DNA from: a bacterium
GTDB lineage: Bacteria > Krumholzibacteriota > Krumholzibacteriia > G020349025
Assembly: GCA_031362565.1 (NCBI GenBank)
Contig: JANLSU010000081.1
Coordinates: 1 to 64,000 of the forward strand
Direction: 5' to 3'
Length of the DNA: 64,000 nt
This document shows positions 47,168 to 57,032 of this stretch, piece after piece. Below the pieces are notes generated by a model. It was not told the DNA's origin. It saw only the letters and a list, made by a program, of their open reading frames with translations, and searched no databases. Made by a program: the position numbers and the translations under genes. Each line of letters opens with the position of its first letter. Position 1 is the first letter of the stretch.

Positions 47168-47188
47168 GGGGGCCTGGCAGCCCTTGGC

Positions 47189-47935
47189 TCAGTTGTGCAG
47201 ATTGAACTGGATCGGAATGACCATCCACACCGCGACCGGCTTGTCCTTTTGCAGCGCCGGCTTGAAGACCGCCGTCTGCGCCGCCGTCGCCGCCGCATCG
47301 TCGAGCATGGGCACGCTCTTGATGATGATCATGTCTTTGACGAAGCCGTCCTCGCCGACCAGCACGCGCACCAACACTTCACCCTCGACACCGGCTTCCT
47401 TGGCGATATCGGGATACTGGGTTTCCTGCATGCTGACGAGTTCGGGTTCTTTTTCGTAAGCGACGTAGTCCTCGGGGCCCGGCAAGCCATCGCCGCTGAC
47501 GACGAGGCTGTCGGTAGCGCCGAGCGCGGTCGCGGTCGTGTTGTTGCTCATGGCTGCGATGTCTTCGGTGGAGGCGATCGTTTCCTCGACCGCCAAGTCG
47601 TCGCGCACCGGCTTCGGCATGGCGATGGCGGGGCGCGTCTTGAGTTCCACCTTGACCTGCACTTCCTGCTGCGGCGTCAAGGATGGCGGAACCCCGAGAT
47701 CGGCGGCGGTCATGATCGCAATGCGCTTCTTGACCGGTCCGGCGGGCCCATGATTCTTGTGCAACGCTCGGAGGACGGCTTCGTAGCCCATGTATCCGCC
47801 CCACGCCACCACGGCCACGATCATCGTCGCCGCGAAGGCGCGCGGCATGAACTCGTTCTGGTCGAACTTGTCGAGATAGCCCCAGCGCGGGAAGCGCCCC
47901 GGCCCAGAGGGCGGCTTGTACGTTGCGACGGACAT
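47189..47935 (-). CDS. tonB: Energy transducer TonB
   Basis: TM plus C-terminal YPDIAKEAGVEGEVLV..FKPA. Confidence 0.88.
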   Translation of the reverse strand: MSVATYKPPSGPGRFPRWGYLDKFDQNEFMPRAFAATMIVAVVAWGGYMGYEAVLRALHKNHGPAGPVKKRIAIMTAADLGVPPSLTPQQEVQVKVELKTRPAIAMPKPVRDDLAVEETIASTEDIAAMSNNTTATALGATDSLVVSGDGLPGPEDYVAYEKEPELVSMQETQYPDIAKEAGVEGEVLVRVLVGEDGFVKDMIIIKSVPMLDDAAATAAQTAVFKPALQKDKPVAVWMVIPIQFNLHN

Positions 47936-48447
47936 CAGTCGCCCCCTGCTTTGCCCTTGACCTCGGTCAATTCTTCCGGGGTCATCTGGTCGAAGCTATA
48001 GCGCGTGACCTTACCGACGATGAACTCGTCGATGACGTCCACCATCCAGTGGTACGGCGCGTCGCCGTCGAACTTCACGAGCGTGATGAGCTTGTCGTTC
48101 TGCTTCAGGATGTCCTTGATCATGGTGCGCATGCCCGCGAACGGCACCGGCTCGAGCGGTCCATCGGTGCCGATGCGATACACCATCTTGCCGTCGTCAT
48201 AGACATAGAGCATGAGGACGTTCGACTCCGCGACGTCGACCAGGGCGTCCTTGGGCGGCAGGTTCAATTCCATGGCCTGCGGTAGACGGAACACCGTCGT
48301 GACCATGAAGAAAATGAGCAGCAAGAACGCGATGTCGACCATCGGGGTCATGTCGATGGCAATGCCGACGCGTTTCTTGACGTGGCTGAGGACGCCTTTT
48401 TTCTTGCCGCCGCCTGCAGGCTGCGCGCCGAGGTCCATGCCGCCCAT
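47935..48447 (-). CDS. exbD: ExbD family protein
   Basis: IDMTPMVDIAFLLLIFFMV. Confidence 0.92.
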   Translation of the reverse strand: MGGMDLGAQPAGGGKKKGVLSHVKKRVGIAIDMTPMVDIAFLLLIFFMVTTVFRLPQAMELNLPPKDALVDVAESNVLMLYVYDDGKMVYRIGTDGPLEPVPFAGMRTMIKDILKQNDKLITLVKFDGDAPYHWMVDVIDEFIVGKVTRYSFDQMTPEELTEVKGKAGGD

Positions 48448-48513
48448 CGTGTCCCACCTCGCCTTCGCCTCGCGGTTCGCCTGTGGTGCTCACACCAAAC
48501 GGCGAACCCGCGG

Positions 48514-48945
48514 TCAGGGTACGTCCTGCTCGAGTTCGGTGACCAAGTTGAAACGGGTCGTGTTCGTCTCCTGCAAGATTTTCATGACCTGGCCCATGGT
48601 CTTGTACTTGACGTCCTTGTCGGCGCGAATCGCCATGCGGAGCTTCGGGTTGTTGGCGCGGCTGGTCAGGATCAGGTTCCGCAGGTCCGCCATCTGGACG
48701 ATGCTCGCATCGGTCGCGTTCAAGCCTTTTTGGAAGGCGATCGTGCCGTCCGGCCCGATGCTGAGCACGATGACATTGCTCTCGGGCACCTGGATTTCCA
48801 CGTGCGACGACGGCAGTTTCACCTCGACCGGATCCGGCGGTTTGAACGACGTCGTCGTCATGAAAAAGATCAGCAACAGGAACGCGACGTCCACGAAGGG
48901 AGTCATGTCGATCCGAATGCCGACCCGGCGCTTGCCTCTGCTCAT
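48514..48945 (-). CDS. exbD: ExbD family protein
   Basis: IDMTPFVDVAFLLLIFFM, IRADKDVKY. Confidence 0.92.
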   Translation of the reverse strand: MSRGKRRVGIRIDMTPFVDVAFLLLIFFMTTTSFKPPDPVEVKLPSSHVEIQVPESNVIVLSIGPDGTIAFQKGLNATDASIVQMADLRNLILTSRANNPKLRMAIRADKDVKYKTMGQVMKILQETNTTRFNLVTELEQDVP

Positions 48946-48975
48946 TCCAGGACCCTCCGCGGCTCGCGCCGGCGA

Positions 48976-49704
48976 TCAGCCAACCAGTTTTTTCTCTTTG
49001 CGGGCGAGCAAGCCCAGGATCTCGTGCACGGTCTCGTCCATCATGTAGTTGTAACTGTCGACGCGGGTCACGAAGTAGTTGTACATGACGATGCCGACCT
49101 GCGCGATGATGAGACCGCCCAGCGTGTTGACGAGCGCTTCGGAAATACCCAACGCCAACTGCGTCGCGTCGGGCGCTCCGGCCTGCGACATTGCCGCGAA
49201 GGAGCGGATCATCCCGTACGTCGTTCCCGTCAGGCCGATCATCGTGCCGATCGAGGCGATGGTCGACAGGAAGACCAGATTGCGTTCGAGAAGCGGGGTT
49301 TCGAGCGCGTTCGCCTCTTCCAGATGGCGCCGCGTCTCTTCCATCCGCTCGTCCTCGGTCATTTCCTTGCCCTCGGTCGAGATGTAGGCGTCGAGGCCGG
49401 CCTGCACGACGCTCGCGAGCGCGCCGCGCTGGCGGCGGCAGAGGTCGATGGCGCCTTCCAAGTCGTTGTTCTGAATCGCCGTCTGCAACTTCTTCGCGAA
49501 CGTCGCCAGCGATTCCTTGCCCTTGGCGCCGCGCAGCGTCCACAGACGCTCGACGACGATGACCACCGTGAACATGAGGGCTGCAATCAGCAGCGCGACC
49601 AGCGGGCCGCCGCGGCGGACCTCTTCCGGGAGCATGGGGCGCATCACGAATCCGGTCACGATGCATCCCGCCAGCACTAACCAGAGCCAGAGTTGATTCC
49701 GCAC
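48976..49704 (-). CDS. exbB: MotA/TolQ/ExbB proton channel protein
   Basis: STIASIGTMIGLTGTTYGMI, GISEALVNT; start GTG 49704 is an estimate because the frame stays open upstream. Confidence 0.88.
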   Translation of the reverse strand: MRNQLWLWLVLAGCIVTGFVMRPMLPEEVRRGGPLVALLIAALMFTVVIVVERLWTLRGAKGKESLATFAKKLQTAIQNNDLEGAIDLCRRQRGALASVVQAGLDAYISTEGKEMTEDERMEETRRHLEEANALETPLLERNLVFLSTIASIGTMIGLTGTTYGMIRSFAAMSQAGAPDATQLALGISEALVNTLGGLIIAQVGIVMYNYFVTRVDSYNYMMDETVHEILGLLARKEKKLVG

Positions 49705-49990
49705 TGTCCAACGCCTCGCTTTCTTGTCGTCGGGTGGGGCAAGGATGCGCTCAGCCCCGGTCAGAGGTTGCCGTACGATCCGATACTTTTGTTTGATCGA
49801 GTGCTTGCGCCGATGCGGCGCCCGTCTCGTTCCAGCCTGCATGCGCTTCTGCTCCGTCAAACGGCGCGCCCGCTCCTCGATCGCCGCACGCATGTGCGCT
49901 TCGGAGACGCTGTCGTCCACGAGACGCATCTGGTGCGAAACGACCAGATCTTTCGGCCCGAGACTCATCGAGCTCTTGCCGAAAGGAAGC

Positions 49991-50332
49991 CTAAGCCCCC
50001 AGCGTCTTGAGGGCGTCTTCACGCGAGTCCGCGAGCTCGAAGACGAGCGAGAGCTTCGTGACGACGAAGACATTCTGAATCCTCTTGTCGACGTTTGCCA
50101 GCAGGACTCGCCCGCCACGCTTCTGGTAATTGGTGTGCGCCCGAACCAGCAAGCCGATGGCGATGCTGTTCAAGTGCTGCACTTTCCCGAGATCCAAGAC
50201 CAGTTTCTTGTTCTCGGCGGTCTGTAACTCACCCAGCGCCCGGTCGAGATCGTCGGTTTCCTTGCCACCGTAGAAGTTGCCTTCCGGCGCCAGGACCATG
50301 ACCTCACCGTGCTTCTCGGTACGCACGCCCAT
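49991..50332 (-). CDS. STAS domain anti-sigma factor antagonist
   Basis: LVLDLGKVQHLNSIAIGLLV; about 113 aa. Confidence 0.85.
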   Translation of the reverse strand: MGVRTEKHGEVMVLAPEGNFYGGKETDDLDRALGELQTAENKKLVLDLGKVQHLNSIAIGLLVRAHTNYQKRGGRVLLANVDKRIQNVFVVTKLSLVFELADSREDALKTLGA

Positions 50333-50365
50333 CGACGGTTCCCCTTCGTACGATCGAACCAAGCT

Positions 50366-52165
50366 CTAGTGCGAGCCCACAGCGCTGCTCAGCAATTGCA
50401 GGCCGTCCTTGGCGTCCTTGTTGTTCGGGTCGAGCTTCAACGCACGTTGCAAAGCTTCGCGCGCGTCGGAGTGCTTCCCGGAGTTCAAGAGCGCTTGCCC
50501 CAACCAGACCCAGCCATCCACGTCGTCAGGTTCTGCTGCCGTGGCTGCGGTCAAAAGCTGGATCGCGTCAGTGTACTTCTCGAGCAACAAGAATATAAGC
50601 CCCTTGCCCCGCATGGCCTCGACACTCTTGGGGTCCAGGGCCAGGGCACGGTCGAAGGCCTTGCTGGCGGCGGCAGTCGAGTCGGCCGAAAGGGCGGTCC
50701 CGAACGCCACCCACACCGGGACGGAATTGGGCGCCAAAACCGTCGCCTGGCGGTAGGCCGCGAGGGCCTCCTGCTTCTTGCCCATGCCGAGCAGGATGTT
50801 GGCCTTGTTCATGACCGATAGGACGTGCTTTGGGTCCATCTCGAGCTTCTTGTCGAAGGCCTGCAACGCCCCCGGCATGTTCTTGGCGCCCATTTCGATG
50901 AGACCACGCACGTAGTACACGTCGGAGTTGGCGGGATCGCGCTCCGCGGCCTGGTCTAAGAAGACCTTGGCCTCGTCGGCGCGCTTCGCCTTGACGAGGG
51001 CGCGCGCCACGCCGACGAGATCGGCGGCCGGCGCTTCGGTCTGGACGTCGACGTCCTGATAGAGCGGCAACGATTTGTCGAGCATGTCGCCGGCGGCATA
51101 AGCGCGGGCCAGTGCCACCTTGGCTTCAATCGAGGCATTCTCCTGCAGTGCCGCCTCGAGCAGCGGAATCGCTTCGAGCGGCTTGGCGGTGCGCGTCAAC
51201 GCCGTGCCCAAATCGAGGCGCGATTGATAGGTCGGCTTCTGCTGTACAGCGCGCGACAGGACTTCGGCGGCCTGGGCGGAGCGCCGGGTGTCGAGCAAGT
51301 ACAAGTGCCCGACGGCGGCGAGCGCCGGCGTGAATGTCGAGTCCGACGCCAGTACCTTTTGATACAGCTTGAGCGCGTCGTTGTAGTTCTTCTGCTTTTC
51401 GGCGGCGCGTCCCATGCGGAAGGTGAGCAGCGGGCTCGAGCCCGTCTTCTGCTCGGCCTGCTGCAGCACGATGGCCGCCTGGCTCCACTGGTTGGTGGCT
51501 TCGTACATCGCCGCCAGATTCATCGTGTGTTCGATGGTGTTGGGAGCGAGTGCCCGCGCCTTGATAAAGCTCGTAGCCGCGCCATCGGCATCGTTCTCGG
51601 CGAGAGCGACGCGGCCCATGCCGGCCTCGAACAGGTCGCGCCGGTCGGCGCGGCCCTTCAGGCCTTTGCCCTTTTCGAACTGTTTGAAGGCGGCTTCGTG
51701 CTGGCCCTTGGTGACGAGCACGCTGCCGAGCGCGTAGTTCGCGAGCCATGAACCCTTGTCGGATGCAACGGCCAGATTCGCCAGCGTTTCGGCGCCGGCG
51801 AGGTCGTCTTCGCCGAGCGCCACGAGCGCCAGGCCGGCCTGGGCTTCGCCGTCGGCGCCACCCAAATCCTTGGCCTTTTGGTATGCCGCTTTGGCCTTCT
51901 TCAGATCGCCACGGCGCCACGCGGCTTCCGCCAAGATGAGGTGCGTATCCGTCACCTCGGGGTCCAGCGCCAACGCTTTGGTTGCCTCGCGGTCGGCGAC
52001 CAGCAAGCTGTCCTGTGCTAGCGCACTTTGAGCCGGAAACAGCTGCCGTTTGACATCCGCGTTCGGGGTGTGGCCTGCCCACGCGCTCGAGAACGCCAAC
52101 ACGCTCGACAGTCCGAGAACCAGAGCTCCCGAACGGCAATCGCGGCTCGACGTCAAATTCAACAC
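50366..52165 (-). CDS. Exported multi-TPR protein
   Basis: AGGAG-GTG; signal peptide ending AWA; many TPR repeats. Confidence 0.82.
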   Translation of the reverse strand: MLNLTSSRDCRSGALVLGLSSVLAFSSAWAGHTPNADVKRQLFPAQSALAQDSLLVADREATKALALDPEVTDTHLILAEAAWRRGDLKKAKAAYQKAKDLGGADGEAQAGLALVALGEDDLAGAETLANLAVASDKGSWLANYALGSVLVTKGQHEAAFKQFEKGKGLKGRADRRDLFEAGMGRVALAENDADGAATSFIKARALAPNTIEHTMNLAAMYEATNQWSQAAIVLQQAEQKTGSSPLLTFRMGRAAEKQKNYNDALKLYQKVLASDSTFTPALAAVGHLYLLDTRRSAQAAEVLSRAVQQKPTYQSRLDLGTALTRTAKPLEAIPLLEAALQENASIEAKVALARAYAAGDMLDKSLPLYQDVDVQTEAPAADLVGVARALVKAKRADEAKVFLDQAAERDPANSDVYYVRGLIEMGAKNMPGALQAFDKKLEMDPKHVLSVMNKANILLGMGKKQEALAAYRQATVLAPNSVPVWVAFGTALSADSTAAASKAFDRALALDPKSVEAMRGKGLIFLLLEKYTDAIQLLTAATAAEPDDVDGWVWLGQALLNSGKHSDAREALQRALKLDPNNKDAKDGLQLLSSAVGSH

Positions 52166-52331
52166 CGGCTGTCTCCTGCTGTTGAAGCCCTTGGCCCCGC
52201 ACCAATCCGGAACGAGGCAGGGGGACGAATCCCCCGAAGCATGTACCCGTGACGCGCCGCTTCGATTCCGTGGGGCCCCCGGGGCCCGTTCCACGGCCAG
52301 CCGGGGAAGGGGTGGGAGCGAAACCTGGCGC

Positions 52332-52361
52332 AATATAGGGGTAGGCCGGCGCCCGATGCAA
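52332..52361 (-). promoter_or_regulatory. Putative sigma70 promoter of the TPR-STAS-exbBD-tonB operon
   Basis: TTGCAT-N18-TATATT. Confidence 0.45.
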
Positions 52362-52421
52362 GCGGGCCCGCGCCCAGCGCCGGCCCGCGGGCCTACCCCA
52401 ACCCCTTGTCACTGGCGCATC

Positions 52422-53435
52422 TTAAGTCCTGACACGCGCGCCGGCGGGGCGCACCGCCTCCCAAAGGAGCGGCAGCGACCGGTCGAACCGGTACGAGACA
52501 TCCATATGGCCGTCGTCGAACTCCTCATGCGTGTGGCGCACGCCAAGGCTTTGGAGCCGGGCGGACATCTGCCGGGCGCCCCACTGCAAGTTGAACTCGT
52601 CGCGGCGGCCGCAATCCAGGAACACCAGGCGGGCTCGCCGCAGCCTTGCGGCCGCATGTGGTACGAGCCGCAGCGGATCGTAGGCCAGCCAACGGCGCCA
52701 AACGTCGGGCCGCGGGGCGCCGCTCTGCGGCTCGAACGGCAGGTCGAACCCGAATGGCTTGCGGCGTGGGTTGGGCGCGTAACACGCCGCCATCGCGAAC
52801 ATGTTCATCGCCTCGATGAGATCGTGCGTCTTGCGCGGCGCCGCCGCGAAGGCACGCAAGAAGCCGCGTTCACCGCCGTGCTTTTCCAACTGCACGAGCA
52901 ACTTCGGGAAATCCGGGAAGTAGCAATATTCGAATGCCATGTCGCCGCTATGCGAGGCGAAGGCACTGAAAAGATCGGGGCGCTGCATGCCGTGCAAGAA
53001 GGCGCCGTAGCCGCCGCTCGACTTGCCGAACACGCCGCGATGGCGCGCCGTGGGCAAGGTGCGAAAGGTGCGATCGACGAACGGGATGATTTCGTCCAGG
53101 AGATAATCGGCGTAACGCCCGACGGCACTCGAATTGATGTACTGGCTGCCGCCATAGCGCGTGAAGCAATCCGGAAACACGACAATCATTGGGCCGATCC
53201 GGCCTGCGGCCTGCAACCGGTCGAGACGCGCGTCGAGCGGCTCACCCCAGCCGGAAGGATTCAAGAGCTGCACGCCGCGCCCGGTGAAACCGGCGAGCGC
53301 GTACAAGACGGGATAGCGCGCGTTCGATGTCGCGTAACCGGGCGGCACGTACACCGGCAACGACCGTTGGCTCGGGTCGCGGAGCGGATTGCCGCGCAGG
53401 ACTCGGCTCGCGAGCGTCGTGTAGACGACCGGCAT
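52422..53435 (-). CDS. Alpha/beta hydrolase (enterochelin esterase-like)
   Basis: VYVPPGY, RYPVLY, GKSSGG nucleophile elbow, DGH. Confidence 0.85.
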   Translation of the reverse strand: MPVVYTTLASRVLRGNPLRDPSQRSLPVYVPPGYATSNARYPVLYALAGFTGRGVQLLNPSGWGEPLDARLDRLQAAGRIGPMIVVFPDCFTRYGGSQYINSSAVGRYADYLLDEIIPFVDRTFRTLPTARHRGVFGKSSGGYGAFLHGMQRPDLFSAFASHSGDMAFEYCYFPDFPKLLVQLEKHGGERGFLRAFAAAPRKTHDLIEAMNMFAMAACYAPNPRRKPFGFDLPFEPQSGAPRPDVWRRWLAYDPLRLVPHAAARLRRARLVFLDCGRRDEFNLQWGARQMSARLQSLGVRHTHEEFDDGHMDVSYRFDRSLPLLWEAVRPAGARVRT

Positions 53436-53440
53436 GGCGG

Positions 53441-54766
53441 TTACCGTCCCGCGACGGGTTCACGCCGCGCGTCGAAGACCACGTGGCCGCCTTGCAAGAC
53501 AAGGACCGGGTGGCACAACACGGAGATATCGGCGAGCGGATCGCCGCTGACCGCCACCAAGTCGGCCTGCTTGCCGGCCTCGACGGTGCCGATTTCTTTT
53601 TCGAGTCCGAGCAGATCGGCGGCGTTGTGGGTCCCGGCTTGGATCGCCGCCATCGGCGTCATGCCTTCCCGCACCATGAGCACGAATTCCTCGCCGTTCG
53701 TGCCATGACGCCCGACGCCCGCATCGGTGCCAAGAGCGATTTTGACGCCGGCCTGCACGGCCTTCTTAAAACTCGCCCGCATCTTGGGAGCGATGGTGCG
53801 TGCCTTGTCGACCGCCCAGATTGGCAGCGTGCCCTTGTCGGCTGCGGCGAGCACATTCTCGGCCGCCGAAAGCGTCGGCACCAAGTAGGTGCCCTTGGCT
53901 TTCATGAGCCGGATGGCTTCGTCGTCCAGCATCGAACCGTGCTCGATACTCGCGACGCCGGCCCGGATCGCCGCCTTGATGCCCTCGGTGCCGTGCGCGT
54001 GCGCCGCCACCCGGCGGCCGCCGCGAGTCGCTTCCTCGACGACGGCGCGCAGTTCTTCCTCGGTCAATTGCTGGGCGCCAACGGCGTCACCTTGCGACAA
54101 CACGCCGCCCGTGGCGCAGACCTTGATGACGTCGGCGCCGTATTTTTCCGCATAGCGCACCGCGGCGCGTGCTTCGTCGGGGCTGTTGACGATGCCGTCG
54201 CGCCAATCGGGCTCGTGGTCGAAGATGCCGGGCCGGAAGCCGTTCAAGTCGCAATGGCCGCCGGTGATCCCGATGGCATGGGTGGCGACCAGCAGGCGCG
54301 GTCCTACGACCAGGCCGGCGCGAATCGCGTTGCGCAATCCAACATCCGCGAAATCCGCCGCACCGACGTTGCGCACCGTCGTGAATCCGGCTTCGAGCGT
54401 CCGCCGTGCATAGGTCGTGGCAATAGCCGCGGCCTCGGTCGGCAGTTGGCGCACCTCGCGATTCGCCCAGTCGCCGTCCATTTGCATCGTCAAGTGCACG
54501 TGGCAATCCACGAAGCCGGGCAGCACGGTGAGGTCGCCGAGGTCGAGCCGCTCGGTGCCGGCCGGCGCGTCGACATGCGAAGCGATCGCCGCGATGCGGC
54601 CGTCGCGCAGCAGCAGTTCGACGTCGCGGCGCGGCGCCGTGCCGGTGCCGTCGACGAGCACGCCGACGTGCAGTACGAGCGGCGGCGTTTCGGTGCCCGA
54701 TGCCGGTTGAGCCGCCGCGATCGCCGTGCCGGCGAGGGCGGCGAACAAGGCGCGTCGAATGCCCAC
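53441..54766 (-). CDS. Exported metal-dependent amidohydrolase (Xaa-Pro dipeptidase-like)
   Basis: GGAGG-GTG; signal peptide; DCHVH, AAHAHG, SIEHG, GTDAG. Confidence 0.88.
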   Translation of the reverse strand: MGIRRALFAALAGTAIAAAQPASGTETPPLVLHVGVLVDGTGTAPRRDVELLLRDGRIAAIASHVDAPAGTERLDLGDLTVLPGFVDCHVHLTMQMDGDWANREVRQLPTEAAAIATTYARRTLEAGFTTVRNVGAADFADVGLRNAIRAGLVVGPRLLVATHAIGITGGHCDLNGFRPGIFDHEPDWRDGIVNSPDEARAAVRYAEKYGADVIKVCATGGVLSQGDAVGAQQLTEEELRAVVEEATRGGRRVAAHAHGTEGIKAAIRAGVASIEHGSMLDDEAIRLMKAKGTYLVPTLSAAENVLAAADKGTLPIWAVDKARTIAPKMRASFKKAVQAGVKIALGTDAGVGRHGTNGEEFVLMVREGMTPMAAIQAGTHNAADLLGLEKEIGTVEAGKQADLVAVSGDPLADISVLCHPVLVLQGGHVVFDARREPVAGR

Positions 54767-54836
54767 GAGGTCCTCCCGTTCGACAAGGAAACGCCATGCT
54801 ACGCTCGCGCCCGAGCGCCGCGCAACCGCACCCACG

Positions 54837-54866
54837 TTGACCTTGGCGCGGCAAGCCCACTACAAT
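54837..54866 (+). promoter_or_regulatory. Putative sigma70 promoter
   Basis: TTGACC-N18-TACAAT. Confidence 0.6.
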
Positions 54867-54913
54867 CACGGCGGCTTGATTCGTAGCACTCCCACCGAGC
54901 GAGGAGCCTTCCG

Positions 54914-56809
54914 GTGACGCCCGAACTGCTCGAGCGCCTGACGCGCGACGTTCTCGTCGCCGATGGAGCCATGGGCTCGATGATCGCGCGCGGGCTCCCC
55001 GAGGAGAGACCGGCGGCGATTGCACGCACCCTCCTCGAGGTCAACCTGACCAACCCCGAGATCGTGCACAACGTGCACCTGCAATACATCGCCGCCGGCG
55101 CCGATCTCATCGAGACCAACACCTTCGGCGCCAGCCACGCGCGCCTCGACCGGCTTGGGTTGGGCGAGTTGGCGGCGAAGATCGTTTCGGAAGCGGTCAA
55201 GATCGCGCGCGAAGCCCGCGACGCGAGCGGCCGGGCGGTGACGATCGCCGGCGCCGTGAGCCCGCTCGATGCCGATTGGATTCTCGATACGAATCCCGAC
55301 GCCCGTGCGCAGGCGTATGAATTCGAAGCCCAAACGACGTTGCTCCTCGACCGCGGCGTCGAACTCGTGGTGCTCGAGACGTTCTCGCGCTTGCCGGATC
55401 TCCTGCTGGCGATCGACGCCGTGCGGCGGGTGAGCCGCACGATTCCGATCGTCGCGCAGATGAGTTTCGACGAGCGCGGCATGCTGGCCTCGGGTGAGGC
55501 GGCGGAAGTCGCGGCGCGGCGTGTCACCACCGCCGGCGGCGTGCAGATGTTGGGGGTCAACTGCAGCCTGGGCCCGCAAGCGAGCTTGGCGGTGCTGGAA
55601 CAGCTGGCGCGCGGCACGACGCTTCCCTTGTCGATCATGCCCAACGCCGGATTCGCCCAGCGCCTCGGCGGCCGGGTGCTGTATCCGGACATGTCGGCCG
55701 GCTACTACGCCAACTTCGCGCGCGACGCGCGCGACATCGGGGCGCGCTTGGTGGGTGGCTGTTGCGGCACGACGCCACGCCAGATCGCCGCCATTGTCGA
55801 AGCACTGCATGCACCGCAAGTGGCGCCCACGGAAGGGTCGGCGCGGCCGCGGGTGCGGGCCCGTGAGCGCGCCGAACTCGTCGACGAGGACATGCCCGGG
55901 CTGCCGGCGGTCCAACCTTCGGGACTGGCGCTGCGTTTGCGGGCGGGAGCCTTCGTGCGCAGCCTGCAGATCGATCCGCAGCGCGGACCGTACGACGCCG
56001 CCAACCGCAAAGTGATCGACGCCTTGCTGGGGCGGGACCTCGTGCACCTCATCGACATCAACAGCTCGGGCGCGAGTTCGCGGCAGGATTCACTGCAAGT
56101 GGCGGCCGGCGTCGAATCGCTCGGGATCGAAACCCTGGCGCACATCACGCCACGCGACGCGAGCGTCGCCGGCATGCTGTCGCAGGTTTTGGGAGCCTAC
56201 GATTGGGGTGGCGTGCACAACGTGCTCGTCATTGCCGGCGATCCACCGAAGGGCGATCTGTACGCCGAAGCGAAGGGGGTGTATCAGGTCGACGCCATCG
56301 GTCTGGTGCGCGCCCTGCACGCGTTGCGCAGCGGCCAGCGCGTCAACGAACGCATGACCATGCCGCCGTTTCCGCTCACCATCGGTGTCGCACTCAACCA
56401 AAACGCCCCCGACTTGGATGCGGAGTTGGCGCGGCTCGAAGCCAAGATCGCGGCCGGTGCCGACTACGTGATGACGCAGCCGTTCTTCGCGCCCGAGGAT
56501 TGGGAGCGGTTCCGCGTCCATTTGCGCCCCTACTCGATTCCCGTGCTGTTGGGCGTGTGGCCGCTCACGAGTTACCGGCAAGCATGCCGCGTCAATGAAA
56601 ACGTCGCCGGCGTCGTCGTGCCGGAGGCGGTACTCCGGCAATTGGAAGGCGCCGGTGCCGACGAGCGCGAAGTCGGCTTCCGGCTCGCGACCGACCTGCT
56701 CGTGGCACTCGAGCGCGACAAGAGCGCCGCCGGTGCGTACGTCGTCGCGCCGTTCAAACAGCCCGTGCAAGCGCTCGAGATCTTCGAGCGTGCCGCTGCA
56801 TTGCTCTGA
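54914..56809 (+). CDS. yitJ: Bifunctional homocysteine S-methyltransferase / methylenetetrahydrofolate reductase (YitJ-like)
   Basis: DGAMG, ETNTFGA, GVNC, PNAG, GGCCGTTP; C-terminal MTHFR GDPP, KIAAGADYVMTQP. Confidence 0.88.
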   Translation: MTPELLERLTRDVLVADGAMGSMIARGLPEERPAAIARTLLEVNLTNPEIVHNVHLQYIAAGADLIETNTFGASHARLDRLGLGELAAKIVSEAVKIAREARDASGRAVTIAGAVSPLDADWILDTNPDARAQAYEFEAQTTLLLDRGVELVVLETFSRLPDLLLAIDAVRRVSRTIPIVAQMSFDERGMLASGEAAEVAARRVTTAGGVQMLGVNCSLGPQASLAVLEQLARGTTLPLSIMPNAGFAQRLGGRVLYPDMSAGYYANFARDARDIGARLVGGCCGTTPRQIAAIVEALHAPQVAPTEGSARPRVRARERAELVDEDMPGLPAVQPSGLALRLRAGAFVRSLQIDPQRGPYDAANRKVIDALLGRDLVHLIDINSSGASSRQDSLQVAAGVESLGIETLAHITPRDASVAGMLSQVLGAYDWGGVHNVLVIAGDPPKGDLYAEAKGVYQVDAIGLVRALHALRSGQRVNERMTMPPFPLTIGVALNQNAPDLDAELARLEAKIAAGADYVMTQPFFAPEDWERFRVHLRPYSIPVLLGVWPLTSYRQACRVNENVAGVVVPEAVLRQLEGAGADEREVGFRLATDLLVALERDKSAAGAYVVAPFKQPVQALEIFERAAALL

Positions 56810-57032
56810 GCGCCCTCCCGGACCGCCTGGACTTACGCAACAGTACGCACCGGCCCCGTTAGACACTGTCTCGATCGAGACACTGCCATCCAATCGGCTG
56901 TAGTTGTCGCGCCCGCCGTGACATTTCGCTTATGATGGCGCCGCATCGCGCTCGGAAAATTTGTCATGGCGGCCCACGTTGCGCCCCTCGTTTCGTGGGT
57001 TGTCACTCGAACGTGCGGAAAGAGGTGCGGCT

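Noticed and set aside
54767..54913. SAM riboswitch upstream of yitJ
   Set aside because: The promoter leaves only about 40 nt of leader and there is no S-box consensus
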